A DNA stretch of 64,000 nt from Eledone cirrhosa (GCA_964016885.1 OZ024758.1:2666001-2730000), one strand, 5' to 3'. Counted from the first letter of the stretch, positions 29,141 through 46,514 are shown. Translations and numbers: made by a program. The notes: generated by a model from the letters alone, not told the origin.

Positions 29141-29299
29141 CAGGAGGCGCAAGCTCTCCTATCCCGATGTCATCTCCAGAGATTCTGGTGTTGAAATCTG
29201 GAACTTGGCAACGGCAATAAACAACAGACCCACGTGGAGATCAATTGTTGAGTCTATTTCGGTTGAGGCGGCCGGATGATGACGATGATGATGATGATA
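29141..29299 (+). mobile_element. RTE-like LINE 3' end with (GAT)n tail
   Basis: KLSYPDVISRDSGVEIWNLATAINNRPTWRSIVESISVEAAG* followed directly by GATGACGATGATGATGAT. Confidence 0.7.
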
Positions 29300-29788
29300 T
29301 GTAATTTAATAGAGACGTCCGGGTGCATAAAAAATAAATATTAATAAATATGAAAAAACAATATTTTAGTGTATAACATATAAATACACGAACAATAGAA
29401 CGAAACGGTAGAAAGATATATACACAAATACGTTTATATACACAGGTCGTTAGTTAAACATACATTATTAGAAAGCTATATATGTATATACACAATTTAA
29501 TATAATTGAGTGAATCACATTCACTGGTCCGCTCTCTGAAATGTACTCATTTCAAATGAAACATCAAACATGAATGAATTATAATTTTCTCTTTTTCGAT
29601 TACATGAAAGAAATACTGATATTTTGAACAAAAGAGCCGCAAAATATATTACTGCCTCGGCGACCATATTTATAGCAGCAGCAGCATTACTACTAACTTC
29701 ACAACTTATAGAAAAACCACCACCAACATTCAATTGGAGATAAACACAGTAAGTAAGGTACTCAATACATTAGTAAAGTGTAAACAAC

Positions 29789-29917
29789 AAATTTAATACA
29801 GAAATGGCTTCTACAGGTCTAGAAATGTTTCATTCAAAGGAAATCCTCAAGAAAGTTTTCCTATGGATTTCCTTCGAATGAAGCAGTTTCAGTCCTGTAG
29901 AAGCCATTTCTATATTA

Positions 29918-29922
<5 letters not shown>
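29789..29922. repeat. imperfect fold-back (~55-bp arms) next to a TA tract
   Basis: AAATTTAATACAGAAATGGCTTCTACAGG...GGAAATCC / GGATTTCC...CCTGTAGAAGCCATTTCTATATTAAATTT. Confidence 0.75.
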
Positions 29923-29952
<30 letters not shown>

Positions 29953-29955
<3 letters not shown>

Positions 29956-30220
29956 GATATATTAACAAATGGAAACTATATTTATAAAACCATATTTATT
30001 TCATTATACATATTTCAAGGACATATTTTATCTGATGAAAGCACACCATAATTTAAGTTGGTGTCCTTGAAATATGTATAATGAAATAAATATGGTTTTA
30101 TAAATATAGTTTCCATTTGTTAATATATCGTATTTTTACTCCAATAATTTGTTGAGTGCTTTATATCAGTTATAAAAATATTTGCTTGTTGTATCCCAAC
30201 AATTTAAATAGAACTTCTAC

Positions 30221-30251
<31 letters not shown>

Positions 30252-30333
30252 ATATATATATAATGTAGAAGTTCTATTTAAATTGTTGGGATACAACAAG
30301 CAAATATTTTTATAACTGATATAAAGCACTCAA
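29953..30333. mobile_element. family 3 hammerhead element with inverted partial copies on both sides
   Basis: 29953-30023 is the reverse complement of 30062-30132. 30151-30222 is the reverse complement of 30263-30333 across a (TA)n tract. Homologous to 17395-17818. Confidence 0.75.
30025..30087 (+). ncRNA. type I minimal hammerhead ribozyme motif, family 3
   Basis: ATTTTAT-CTGATGA-AAGcACACCA(taatttaagt)TGGTGTcCTT-GAAA-T(ATGT)A-TA-ATGAAAT, then AAA (forming AATAAA). Confidence 0.78.
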
Positions 30334-30353
30334 CTTTTTCCTATATATATAGT

Positions 30354-30459
30354 AAAAAGTATGACCCTGACGGCAGAGCTCAAGCCGTTTCGACGGCTAT
30401 TTCTGAACAGAAATAGCCGTCGAAACGGCTTGAGCTCTGCCGTCTGAGTCATACTTTTT
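30354..30459. repeat. hairpin with perfect 37-bp core (30369-30405 / 30408-30444) containing a hammerhead 3' half
   Basis: GAAA-CGGC(ttgagctct)GCCG-TC gives a full stem III and a GUC triplet; the CUGANGA half is absent. Confidence 0.75.
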
Positions 30460-30717
30460 CCTATTCCCACTCTACTTATTCGTACTCTGGTGCGTTATGG
30501 TCCATCTGGTTCCTTACCACAATTCCTTTGTTTATATATAAATATATATATATATATATGACACATATACACACAAATACTCATACACATATATACAGAG
30601 AGAGAGACTCACCTAAAATTTATTCTCACTCTGTCACTCGTAAACAAAAGAACAGAACAGCACCATACATTGCAGTTCTGCTCTAAGCGCCTGAAAGTTA
30701 TAAATACACACGCACAC

Positions 30718-30750
<33 letters not shown>

Positions 30751-30810
30751 TGTACACACACATATATATATATATGTATATATGTATGTATATATATATA
30801 TATATATATG

Positions 30811-30853
<43 letters not shown>

Positions 30854-31467
30854 ATATATATATATGTGCATATATATGTGTGTATGTCTGTATATATACA
30901 TGTTTCTCTCTTTCTCACTCTCTGTTATATATGTATGTGTATGTATTTGTATATATATATGTTAAGTTAAGTTACATATATATATATATGTGTATGTGTA
31001 TGTGCGTGTATGTATGTATCTCTAATTCATGTCTATCTGCCTGTCTCTCCCCCTCTCTCTCTCTATTATATATACATATATGAAAGAAGAAAAGTTTCTA
31101 TGGCTCAGCATTTGATCACGTTGAGTAAATCTGATAAAATTTGACGGTGATTCTTCTTAATCTGAAAACGAGAAATGTTTTACAACTTCAACAAAACGAG
31201 GCTAAAAACTGATTAATCTTCTAACTATACATTTTCACAGCCTTTTCTATGAATGTAACCTCCTCGACTTTCCAACACTTATATTAATCATAATCTTTCT
31301 CTCGTCTTCTATGATAGCTTTTGACCGAGACTGTCCTTTCTCTGTCAGCTTTTCAGTCTGTCTGATGGTCTGCCCATTCTCTCTACCCCCCCCCTGTACA
31401 TACCTACATGAATATATATAAAGATACGTTCTTTATATTCCTATATATATATATATATATATATATA

Positions 31468-31650
31468 TCATCGTCGTCATCATCTTCGTTTAACGTCCAT
31501 TTTCCACGCTAGCATGGGTTAGACGGTAGTTGTCCCACTTGAGGCAAGGCTGGTCGGGTGACCATGTCTCGCTCATATAGGACTATCTGGCAGGTTTTCT
31601 ACGTCTGGATGCCCTTCCTAACACCAACCACATTTACAGTGTGGAACTAG
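31468..31650 (-). mobile_element. SINE/LINE-tail fragment with (GAT/GAC)n tail
   Basis: CATCGTCGTCATCATC..TTTAACGTCCATTTTCCACGCTAGCATGGGTTAGACGG, and GGATGCCCTTCCTAACACCAACCAC shared with ~9116-9141. Confidence 0.55.
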
Positions 31651-31761
31651 GAACTTTTTACCGTGTTACCTACACGGCCACATTAAAGTGTGGACTGTAT
31701 GTTTTTTTTCTCGTGACACCTACACGATCTCGATCTCATTTATTTGGACTGGATGTTGTGT

Positions 31762-31794
<33 letters not shown>

Positions 31795-31964
31795 GAAAAA
31801 GTGTAGAATAACATGGTCAACATTACAAAAAAGGGGATTTATTTACAGTCTGACAATTGTTTCACTGATTAAGACGTCCAAAAATTGATGAACACTATTT
31901 TAAATACGATGTTTGCCCGATCATATATATACATACATGTCAGCTTCCTTATATATGTAAGTTA

Positions 31965-32412
31965 TACACACACATATTTATAAGTATGTATATATATATA
32001 CATATATATATATATATGTATATATGTATATATATATATATATATGTATATATATGTATGTATATATATGTATATATATGTATGTATATATATGTATATA
32101 TATGTATATATATATATGTATATATATGTATATATATATATGTATATGTATATATGTATATATATGTATATGTATATATATGTATATATATGTATATGTA
32201 CGTATATATATGTATATGTATATATTCATATATGTATATATACACATATGTATATATACACGTGTATATATACATGTATATATATGTTTATATATATATA
32301 TATATATATATACATGTAAATATATGCATATATATATGTATATATATGTATATATATATAGATATATTTATATATATTCATACATATTTATATGTATATA
32401 TATTTACATGTA

Positions 32413-32447
<35 letters not shown>

Positions 32448-32455
32448 GTATATAC

Positions 32456-32486
<31 letters not shown>

Positions 32487-32530
32487 CATATATATATGTA
32501 TATATATATACATATATATATATGCATGTG

Positions 32531-32562
<32 letters not shown>

Positions 32563-32563
32563 C

Positions 32564-32599
<36 letters not shown>

Positions 32600-32602
32600 G
32601 CT

Positions 32603-32638
<36 letters not shown>

Positions 32639-32711
32639 TATATATATATATAAATCACACACACACATATATACATGTACATGTAGAAATATGTATATAT
32701 TCACATATATG
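31965..32711. repeat. compound (TA)n microsatellite
   Basis: Direct reading. Confidence 0.95.
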
Positions 32712-33453
32712 TGGTTGTGATTGTAATGGAGGATGGAAATACACCATGCTAAGGTTAACATTAAAAACCTTTAAGACTGGCAAATATTGAACCTTTTAAA
32801 GTGATGCGTGTATCCGCATATTTGACGATGATTGAAAACTGTCTCTTTGCTGATTGGTGTACCGATCCAACTCGTTTTTATTTGCTATTTCACTTCAAAC
32901 ATCTCTTCATGTTCAAAAAAATAATGTGCTGCCGAAGTGTAGACGGAATGGGGATAATCAGAAAAACCTCGGACAATTTGTAGTTTTATAATTTCTCATG
33001 AATATTGCTATTACAAAAACGTTGTTACTTTCTGTACTATGGCGGAGATAAAAATCAATATTTTGGTATCACTTCTCTCCTCATACGATAATCAACGCCA
33101 AGTGTTGTTTGAAAGACAAAATAACCTTGATCATAGCAACTATAGAATGTGATGTTTCTAATTACAGTGTACAGCGAGTCATTTGATGATGTATTTTTAT
33201 TTTTCTTCATTTTTGTGCTAGTCAGATCTCACAAAATATATTGGCTTCTTGTAGCAAGGTAAACGGTTTTAGAGTTGCGAGGCCAGAAGCATGGATAATA
33301 ATTATAAAACCTGATATATCCTAGAGACTTTACGTCGTTGTTAAAATTAGGTTCAAACTCTTCCAAAGAGTCTTTTTTACAAATATGTTTTCGGTAGCTC
33401 TTCTGGCATAGAATAAACACGTCATCGAAGTCTCTAACTACTTTGATATCATC

Positions 33454-33649
33454 ATAATAATAATTGTTTCTACTTTTGGCACAAGGCCAGCAATTATCCC
33501 AGTACATTACTGGTACTTTATTTTATCAACCCCGTAAGGATGAAAGGCAAAGTTAACCTCGGCGGGATTTGAACTCAGATCGTAAAGGGACGTAACTATG
33601 CTGGATAGCATGTCCGACCCTCCACTGATACTGCTAATTTACCGCCCTT
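33454..33649 (-). mobile_element. SINE family A, full length
   Basis: Reverse complement of the 2551-2750 unit. Confidence 0.85.
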
Positions 33650-33894
33650 AAGGATAATAATAATTGCATTATTATTATTATTACTAGTAGTAGAAAGTTT
33701 CCGTGACATAATAGGATTAATAAAGAAATCTTTCTCAAATATAATACCACCATAGCGCCTTAAGTTTGGAACAACTAACCCCCACTCCCTCCAAAAGACA
33801 ATGTTCACGGTTGGCGCACCTTAGTGAAACTATTCGACTATGGATGTCATTTGGCTAAATAAAATCCCCGTTTGGGTTTTTTAGTGGTTAGCAA

Positions 33895-34072
33895 GTCTGT
33901 GATGTAAACCTCGGCTCTTTACGACTTGAGTTCAAATCCAGCTGAAATCAATTTTGTCTTTCATACTTCCGTGGTCGTTAAAATAATGTAGTCAAGTACT
34001 GGGATAGATTTAATCAACCTTGCCACCTTCCATTCAAATTGCTAGCCTTGTGCCTTAAATAGAATCCATTTT
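33895..34072 (+). mobile_element. SINE family A-related, diverged
   Basis: GAGTTCAAATCC...TTTGTCTTTCATACTTCCGTGGTCG...GCCTTGTGCC. Confidence 0.6.
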
Positions 34073-34523
34073 TATTGTTATCTTTGGTTTATTTTAAAGA
34101 ATCTTATTTTAATTTTTTTATATTATTGTTTTTTTTTTTTTCTTGGCGTCGTTTTCAATTTCTTCAACGCTGAATCGAAAATGTTGGTTGAGTAAGTGAT
34201 AAAATGACAGATGTATGAACATCAATGTAAAAGACACGACGAAAGTAATGGGTGAAATGTTGATTTCACGGGGGTGGGGGTAGAGGGGGTGAGAGGAAGA
34301 AGAAGAAAGAAACGAAAGGAGCAAACAAAAACACCAAGAAAATAACAAAAAAACAACATATATATATATATAATATATATTATATATATATATTTAAATA
34401 ATATATATAATATATATATTTATATTAGTTAGCTAATAAAACAATGTATTTCTAAACACTCTTTGGTTATTCCTATAACTATATATATATATAGTTATAT
34501 ATATATTACATATATAGTTAAAG

Positions 34524-34568
<45 letters not shown>

Positions 34569-34963
34569 AACAAACTAACACATTAAAAAATATAACAGAA
34601 CACTCACAGCTGTAAAAATAACAACAACAACAATAACAACAATAACAATGACAACATCAACAACAATAACAATAATACAATTATAGGTTAAATGTGACCT
34701 GAGGAATTGACAAAACGACAAAAAAATTTTTAAAAAAAATCAAGACATATATTTGACTCTCTCGACTCCATTTTAACATCTGATGTGATTTTCGATTTGT
34801 GTTAACTTACACGAATTTTATTATCATAGTTTTGTGTGTGGAGGGCTTTTACTGTGATTTTCTGTTTAGCATTGTGTTTCTAAACTTTAAATAATGGTAG
34901 TTCTCTCATATTCCTGTTGGCTTCTTATACACTTACCAAAGTCTTCACCTCCGGCTTCGGAGG

Positions 34964-38547
<3,584 letters not shown>

Positions 38548-38614
38548 TTTTCCTTTTCCTTTCTCATTTTACTTTCTTCTTTCTATTATGTTCTCCCAGC
38601 ATTGAAAACAAATG

Positions 38615-39084
38615 CGTCGTATTGTTGCTGTTGTTGTTATTCTTGTTGTTGTCATTGATGTTTTTATTGTTGTTATGGTTGTGTTTATTGTTGTTGTTGT
38701 TGTCTTTTTATGTTGTTTATCTCTTTGTAGTCGCTTGTATTGTTATTCCCCTCCTCCTCCTCTCCGTCATCCCCTTCCTCACCATCTTCCTCATCCCCCC
38801 TCTTTATCCTGTCCCTCATCCTCATCATTTATTCTCATTATCATTGGTATCGTCATTATCTTTATATTCATCGTTATCGTCATCATCATTATCATCATAA
38901 ACATCGTAACACAACAATGACGACGATGATGACCACTACCTCCCCCTCCCACATCACAACCTCTACCACTACTGTCACCAACACTACTGCCATCATCTCA
39001 ACCACTACCACCACCACCACTACCACCACCACTCTCACCGCCGCCACCACCACCATTGCCACCACCACCACCACCACCACCACT
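38615..39084. repeat. trinucleotide low-complexity region (GTT/CCT/CAT/CAC)n
   Basis: Direct reading. Confidence 0.9.
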
Positions 39085-39204
39085 GCTTTACGTTCTGAGT
39101 TCAAATTCAGCCTAGGTTAACTTTGCTTTTCATTTTAAATAAAGTACCAGTAATGTACTGGGACAATTGTTGGCCTTGTGCCTAAATCAGAAACCGTTAT
39201 TATT
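39085..39204 (+). mobile_element. SINE family A, 5'-truncated
   Basis: TTACGTTCTGAGTTCAAATTC...AAAGTACCAGTAATGTACTGGGA...GGCCTTGTGCC. Confidence 0.7.
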
Positions 39205-40123
39205 AGCAAATGTGATATGGAAAGTTTAAGTCCTCGGCGAAAGAAATTGAGCTTTGGTTTCAATCCTCAATAAGAAAATATTCACTTTAGTCACTAATCT
39301 TCTCCGGGAGTTGACTTTGAAGGAAGAAAAATGAAGAAACATTAACAGAAGAAATTGATCCGAGAAGGAAGACGACAAACGTTAATACTATAAGCTGTCT
39401 TATCTGACATTCTATTGTTTCGTTTTATGCACATAGTATAAGAAACACTGGTATAAGAAAGAAGAACAACCACTAGTAGTAGTAGTAGTAGTAGTAGAAA
39501 TTCTACGGAGTTTACTTTTTTTATATGCATTTCATATCTTGTCCGCATAAATTTGGAGGTCGTTATTGATTTATACACAATGTACACAATGCATTCACGT
39601 ATGTATATATATATATATTTATATATATATACATTTATACACACTGGTGCCACCCCCACCACATTTATTACTTGGCCACTAATGCATCACTTCCGTATTT
39701 CGTTGTGTTGGCAAAGGTTTTAAAGAAATGTTAGAAATTCTCAGGAATCAAAAACTCCTGACACTTCATGACATTAAATATAACTACTATTATATACTTC
39801 TTAGTTTTTTTCTGAACTCAACTGACATTTGTTCAAATGCTATAGAAATCTCTATTGCCCTGTATTCTTCGAGATGAAAGATATTGCATAATAAAATGAA
39901 TAATGAAATGTAAAAAAAAGGCGAGAAATATTTGCAGTTTTACGAAGGGAGGGCTAAAAGCACGCGGGGTTTTAAGGACACGAAATGTTGATATATCGTC
40001 TAAATGGGAAAATAAGCAAAAATAGAATAAGATAAAGCATTCAACATGATATACACCCCTCACACATTCAACCCACCTCTCTCTCTCTCTTTCTCACACA
40101 CACATATATGCACAAACATACAT

Positions 40124-40162
<39 letters not shown>

Positions 40163-40272
40163 ATATATATATATATATGTACGTATATATATATATATAT
40201 ATATATATACGTACATATATATATATATATACAATATATATATATATATATATATTGTATATATATATGTAC

Positions 40273-40325
<53 letters not shown>

Positions 40326-40589
40326 ATTTCAAGGAAACAAAAGTAATATTTAGAAATACTCATCGGAGATATATCAATGTCATAACAAAATAACATTATT
40401 TGCATTTCAAGTAGTGAAAACTTTGGAAATATAAAGGTAAATTTTCTACGATTTGCGATCAGCAGAATCAAGTTTCGATTCACTCGTGTGATCCAGACAT
40501 GGCCATTGTATTATTTTAATCACACACTCCTCTCAATTTGATTTATTGTCACTACTTACAAGATATATGTATTTAGGTATTTAAAAAGT

Positions 40590-40810
40590 CTAAAGTCTGC
40601 CTGAAACCAGAGGCTCATTTGGTGGGTGCTTATCTCGGTTTCATGGCATGAAGCGACTGAGAGTACAAGACTCCCCCATGGACAGGACACCAGTCCATCA
40701 CAGGGTTAAAGTCTGTCTTAAGCCAGAAGGCTCATTTGGCCGGTATTTATCCCAGTTTCATAGCGTGAAGCGACTGGGAGTACAATACATGCCCCTGGAC
40801 AGGACGCCAT
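40590..40810 (-). mobile_element. two tandem copies of a SINE 3' module
   Basis: AAAGTCTG.CT.AA.CCAG..GGCTCATTTGG...TGAAGCGACTG.GAGTACAA...GGACAGGAC.CCA present twice (40590-40706, 40708-40810). Confidence 0.55.
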
Positions 40811-41286
40811 AATAATTAATATTTCAAAAAAGTACACACACTTCATTAGTGTTCTAATCAAAGTGTGCGTACATTTTGGGGACACCCTGTATATTTATAT
40901 TATGTTAAATCTATAATTCACCAGACTTTCTTTAAACATGATTGTTTGGCTCACCTTATTGAATATGTCATTCCAAACTTTAAGTTGATTCTAAATTATT
41001 TGCTGACAAAATTCGAATTTTCTACAGCTGACAGAGTTGTTGATTAACTTCAAGTCAGATCTCCAGACAGTTGTATGATCAAAGGTGACCTAGCCTTACT
41101 TCTCCTGTCTTGCTATTTACAAAGTATATCTGCAACTTTAGTGTTCAATGCGTTCTATCGTTTAATATGTTCTGGAAAAATTTCAGGAAAATTTGGCTGC
41201 TCTTCATAATATTTGGAGTAACCTCGGAGAGGTTTTATTGTTAACATGTCCTCAAACAGTTTTATATACTTGGTTAATATAATTAA

Positions 41287-41610
41287 AAGCAGCGAATTGT
41301 CAGAGTCGTTAGACCATCAGATAGAAGGCTTTATGGTATTCCTTCCGACTCTCTGCTCTCTGAGTTCAAATCCAAACAAGGTCAACTTTGCCTTTCATCC
41401 TTTCGAGGTCGATAAAAAAGTACCAGTCTACTACTGAGGTCGATTCTTCCTCTATATCTCTTTCACATATCCTCTCCTTCTCTTTCTATCTTTCTCTGAA
41501 AGAGATCTGCTGTACTCAGGCCTGGAGAAGGATGGGCTTCGCCAAGCCTAAAATGCCCAAGAAACGGCGTACCTACGATTCTATCAGGAGTTACGGTACC
41601 ATACATACCA
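41287..41610 (+). mobile_element. SINE family B, full length
   Basis: Homologous to 27630-27968. Confidence 0.8.
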
Positions 41611-42327
41611 TAATATAATTAACTTTATCTGATGAACAAATGAGGAAGATCTTGAGCTGTTGTTTTATCTACTAGAAATAGCAACTAAATCTCACTCAGA
41701 GAAGAATGGTTAATGTCATCCAAGGTGTAATATGTCTTGGAAAAGACATGAGAATTTGAATGATTGGCCCATGTATGAGTAACAACAAGACCTCCATTTA
41801 TTTTAACTAGTACAGCGTATTCAATGCCGCCTGATATTAATTGGACTGAAAATGCCAGATTCCTTAGAGGGTTAAACCATAATTTCATTTTATTTAATAT
41901 TGCAACAAACGTTTTATAAATGTGGTCATTCAAACAAAGAATTCAATGTAGGAAAGAATTATAAAAAGAACTAGATACACCAATAGATTTAGACTGGCAT
42001 TTTATTTAGAAATAAATTTGATAAATTACTTTCGAAACATTGGAAGAGAAGTTTGTGTTCCTATGTCGTTAATGTAACGATGAATCGTTTGTTTTTTTTC
42101 TTCTCCAGAATTCTGAAACAAAGCCCAGACATGTCAGTGGGAATTTCGTTAATATAATGCCTTACTGGAAACAATATCTGTACAATGGTTAGGATAATAT
42201 TAGATGAATAAGTTGAATATATTATGTGTGTAATAACATTAGAGAGAATATGTATGTGATGTGTGTGTCCTGCTGTGATTATACTTATACATATCAAGTA
42301 TGGTGGAATATATTTATCGATTGGAGC

Positions 42328-42367
<40 letters not shown>

Positions 42368-42444
42368 GACGTACATATACATACATGCAAATATGTATTT
42401 ATGTCACAAACTAGAACACACATTTACATAGACGTTTACATGCA

Positions 42445-42726
42445 CCTAATCACACACAGACACACGCACACATATATATACATGTATATATATATATTAT
42501 ATACATATACATATATATATACACACATATATATATATATATATATACACATATATATATATATATATATACACATATATATATATATATATATACACAT
42601 ATATATATATATATATATACACATATATATATATATATATATACACACACATATATATATATACACACATATATATATATATATACACACACATATATAT
42701 ATATACACACATATATATATATATAT

Positions 42727-42767
<41 letters not shown>

Positions 42768-42816
42768 TATACGCACATATATATATATACATATATATAC
42801 GCACATATATATATAT

Positions 42817-42861
<45 letters not shown>

Positions 42862-42870
42862 AATACATAC
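42445..42870. repeat. (TA)n/(CA)n microsatellite
   Basis: Direct reading. Confidence 0.95.
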
Positions 42871-43121
42871 ACAGACAGATAGATAGATGAATAGCCAGAT
42901 AGCTACATACACATGTTTGCAAATATGCAAACAAACAAAAAATCTACAATATTTGTATTATGAACTCATACCGGCCATAGAATCAATAACATAACAATAG
43001 TATATTTTGTTTAGTAGTCACAACGGAAGCTATTTACTTCAATGGAGCAAACAGCTAGTAGTTGTGTTTGTACCAGAAATAAAACAGTCACATAACCATG
43101 TCAAATACTCCTCTCTCCTCT

Positions 43122-43512
43122 TGTCCTGTAAGTCCTGATAGAGTCTTAGGGGCGCCGTATTGATATATGGCGTTTATTGGGCATTTAAAGCCTGGTTGAG
43201 CCCATCCCTCTCCAGGATGAGCACAGCAGATTTCCTCTAGTAAAAGAGAGAGGAAATGAGAAAGATATATAGAGGAGGGATCCACCCCAGTACTAGACTG
43301 GTATTATATTTTTATGTATGTATGGTCCCGTAGGTTCGTAGGGGTGCCGTATTGACATACAGCGTTTTTTTTGGCACTTATTGTCTGGCAGTGCCCATCC
43401 TTCTCCAGGCCTGAATACAGCAGATTTTCTCTAAAGAAAGATAGAAAGTGAGAGAGATGAAACGAGAAAGAGATATAGAGGAAGAATCGACCCAAGTACT
43501 AGACTGGTACTT
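43122..43512 (-). mobile_element. two tandem SINE-B 3' modules (43122-43304, 43315-43512)
   Basis: Reverse complements of the family B tail, each ending at CAGTACTAGACTGGTA or a one-base variant. Confidence 0.75.
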
Positions 43513-43911
43513 CTTTTTTTCCAAATGTTTAGCGATTATGTCGAAGTATAGACATGAAAACGAGCCTTAAAAAAACAAAACAAAACATTTTCCATCTAGA
43601 AACGAGACAATTTCAAATCTACCTTATTTGCCTGTAACGATTGTTCTGATAATTATCAAACAGTTATAATTTTTTGTGTTTACATCTTTAGGTGATTATC
43701 AAGCACTCTGATTAGATGCTTTTCACACCCCCACACATACCCCCCCCATATATATATAATAGGTAGATTCCCGACGGGTATAAGCATCTTTATTTTATAT
43801 AGAAATGATTAGAACTATTTCATTCGTATGAAACAGGTTTAACCACGTAGAAATCATTTCTATATAAAATAAATAAATTTTATATATATATAAATAAATA
43901 TATGACTCTGT

Positions 43912-43942
<31 letters not shown>

Positions 43943-44348
43943 GCATGTGTGTATGTGTGTAAATCAATGAAGAACTAAACATCTAAACAAGCAAAACCTC
44001 TACATAAAAATAAAAGTAATCATTATTATAATCATAGTTCTAGTGGGCGTCACAGTGTAGAGATAAATTCTTGGCCCTTAGGAAATATATGTAGAATATC
44101 AATTATTATTCTAATTGATATTGACATATATTCTCTTTATTTACTCGATGCACTAGTAGTTAACAAGACAAGGGCCTCCAGGCGGTAGTTCGACCTGCTT
44201 GATATAGCATTCATGTATCCCTCAAATTGCACCCCGCTATTTTAAAAATAGAAGATGACTTTGGCTAACGTAGCAGTGAATATGCAAATAGATGCTATAA
44301 TGATATATGGAAGTTAGTTGATTAGAGGTCTGCTTGATTCGGGCGAAA

Positions 44349-44830
44349 CATCACCATTGCCTCAGCTGAAGTCATCGTCCCCATTACTACCATATTCACC
44401 GTCAGAAATGTCATCACCATCGCCAATATTACCATCACCAGCATCACCAACAACACCATCACCAATACATCTAGCATCACCACCATCGCCATTATTACCA
44501 TCACCAGCATCACCAACTACACCATCACTACCAACGCCAATATTGCCGTTATCAGCATCACCAATCCACCATTCCAATGCAGCTAGCATCATCACCACTA
44601 ACACCACCATCACCACCAACACCGCAGCAAGCACTAGTACCAACACCGCCTCCACCACCACCACCACCAACAACAACAACGCCACCATCAACAAATCACT
44701 ATCACCAACACGACTACCACCAACACCATCATCACCAACAACACCATAACCAGCACAAGAAACAACAGCAGCAGAAGCACCAATTCCATCATCATCAACA
44801 TCAACACCATTACAACAAACACCCTCAACA
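44349..44830. repeat. (CAC/CAT/CAA)n low-complexity region
   Basis: Direct reading; explains the S/P/T/H-rich ORFs. Confidence 0.85.
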
Positions 44831-44979
44831 ATATACGCCCACGTATATATGTATAAATATATTTATATATATATACACAAATGGAAATTTAGTAAAATCG
44901 AAGTTTTGGCTGTGGCCAAGCTAACGATATACAATAAGGAATGTGCAGCAAAGCACTCGATAAGGGTGTGTCACATTAG

Positions 44980-45175
44980 AGTAATAACTGTTTCTACTTT
45001 TGGGACAAGACCAGCAATGACCCAGTGCATTACTGGTACTTTATTTTATCGACCCCGTAAGGATGAAAGGCAAAGTCAACCTCGGCGGGATTTGAACTCA
45101 GATCGTAAGGCGACGTAACTATGCTGGAAAGCATGGCGTCCGACCCTCTACCGATACTGCTAATTTACCTCCCTT
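44980..45175 (-). mobile_element. SINE family A, full length
   Basis: Near-identical to 33454-33649. Confidence 0.85.
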
Positions 45176-46041
45176 AGAGTAATAGCATGCGTTAGATAGC
45201 TTGACAAATTGAAAACTGCAGCCTAGCCACATAATGAGCCTAGCCACATAATACCAAAGCAACGAAAAAAACCAATCAGGTATATATATGTATAAGTAGG
45301 TGTGTGTATATGTATTAATGTCTGACGTTTCGATATTAGGATGAAGAGTCCCTGAATGTCGGTGTTAATATTTCACACTATTCTAAATCTCCGATGTTAG
45401 ATATCTTATTTTAATCCTACATCTGTACTTGTGTGAGTATAGTCTTCTTATTTCCCACCAACACGAGCAGAACATTCGTCATTATTATCTTTTCGTGATC
45501 TGTGTTTGATTTTATCCAAGATAATATGATTATGTAAAAATAAATGTAAAAATAAATAAATACTTATAAGATCGGAGAAAGAAAACAGAGAAACGAAATA
45601 AAATGACTGAACTGATGTAAATTAAAATATTCACCATCTAAAATGATTAAATCTGAAGTGAATTATGAAACATATTTAAATTAATTTTTATTTTGGGCGT
45701 GAAATTTTTAATAATATCTACCTAAATTAAATTAGTTACTTACGAAGTGAAACATTTTAATTTATACTAGCTGACAATATGCAGAATAGAATTGAATTGT
45801 ATTAATATATTAATGCGAACTGTTTGCTTACTGTTTGTTAACATATTATAACAGTTGCCTAACATATATACATAGATGTAAAAAAAACTTTAAATACTGG
45901 AAACGGGAAGATTTCCAAGCTTTTTCGGATTAAAACCCAAAGCAAGGGCATTTCAGCCTATTCAGCATACCATTAGTATCATAAGATATACTACAGTTAT
46001 TTCAGAAGATAAGTGGGTCTACTTTTTTTTTTTTTGCTTCT

Positions 46042-46476
46042 TATCCCACAACTCTTAATGGAGTCGTAGGGGCGCCATATGGAGATACGCCATTTCTTGG
46101 ATAATTTAAGCCTGGCAGAACCCATCCCTCTCCAGGCCTGAGTACAGCAGATATCTTCCAGAGAAAGATAGAAAGTGAGAGAGAGGAAATGAGAAAGAGA
46201 TATAGAGGAAGAATCCACACCAGTACTAGACTGGTATTATATTTGTATTTAACTCCTGTAACTTATGATAGAGTCGTGGGGGCACCATATTGACACACGG
46301 CGTTTCTTAGGCATTTTAGAGGAAGAATCCCCCCCCCCCAGCACTAGACTAGTACGTTTTTATCGACCTCAAAAGGCTGAAAGTCAAAGTTGACCTCGGC
46401 GGTATTTGAACTCAGAGAGCAGAGAGCTGTAAGGAATACCATAAAGCACTCTATCCGATTTTCTAAAGACTCTGCC
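46042..46476 (-). mobile_element. SINE family B with internal deletion plus duplicated 3' module
   Basis: Head ~46350-46476; tails at 46252-46350 and 46042-46236. Confidence 0.75.
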
Positions 46477-46514
46477 TAAGGGTGATATTAGGTTCGGTTA
46501 AAAAATCGCACTTT

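Noticed and set aside
29830-29895. Hammerhead inside the 29789-29922 fold-back
   Set aside because: Core is corrupted in both arms (TTGAGGA / CTATGGA) and no stem I is found; kept only as an inverted repeat.
33229-33453. RT-like 'DFDDVF' peptide or host exon
   Set aside because: The ORF start lies in a SINE tail, no other RT motifs are present, and there is no clear splice support.
40870-40891. Tc1/mariner TIR-like TTTTGGGGACACCCTGTA
   Set aside because: Single end only; no partner TIR found.
44318-44924. S/P/T- and H/Q-rich ORFs (also 38612-39120, 63530-63851)
   Set aside because: Trinucleotide low-complexity repeats with no domain or splice support.
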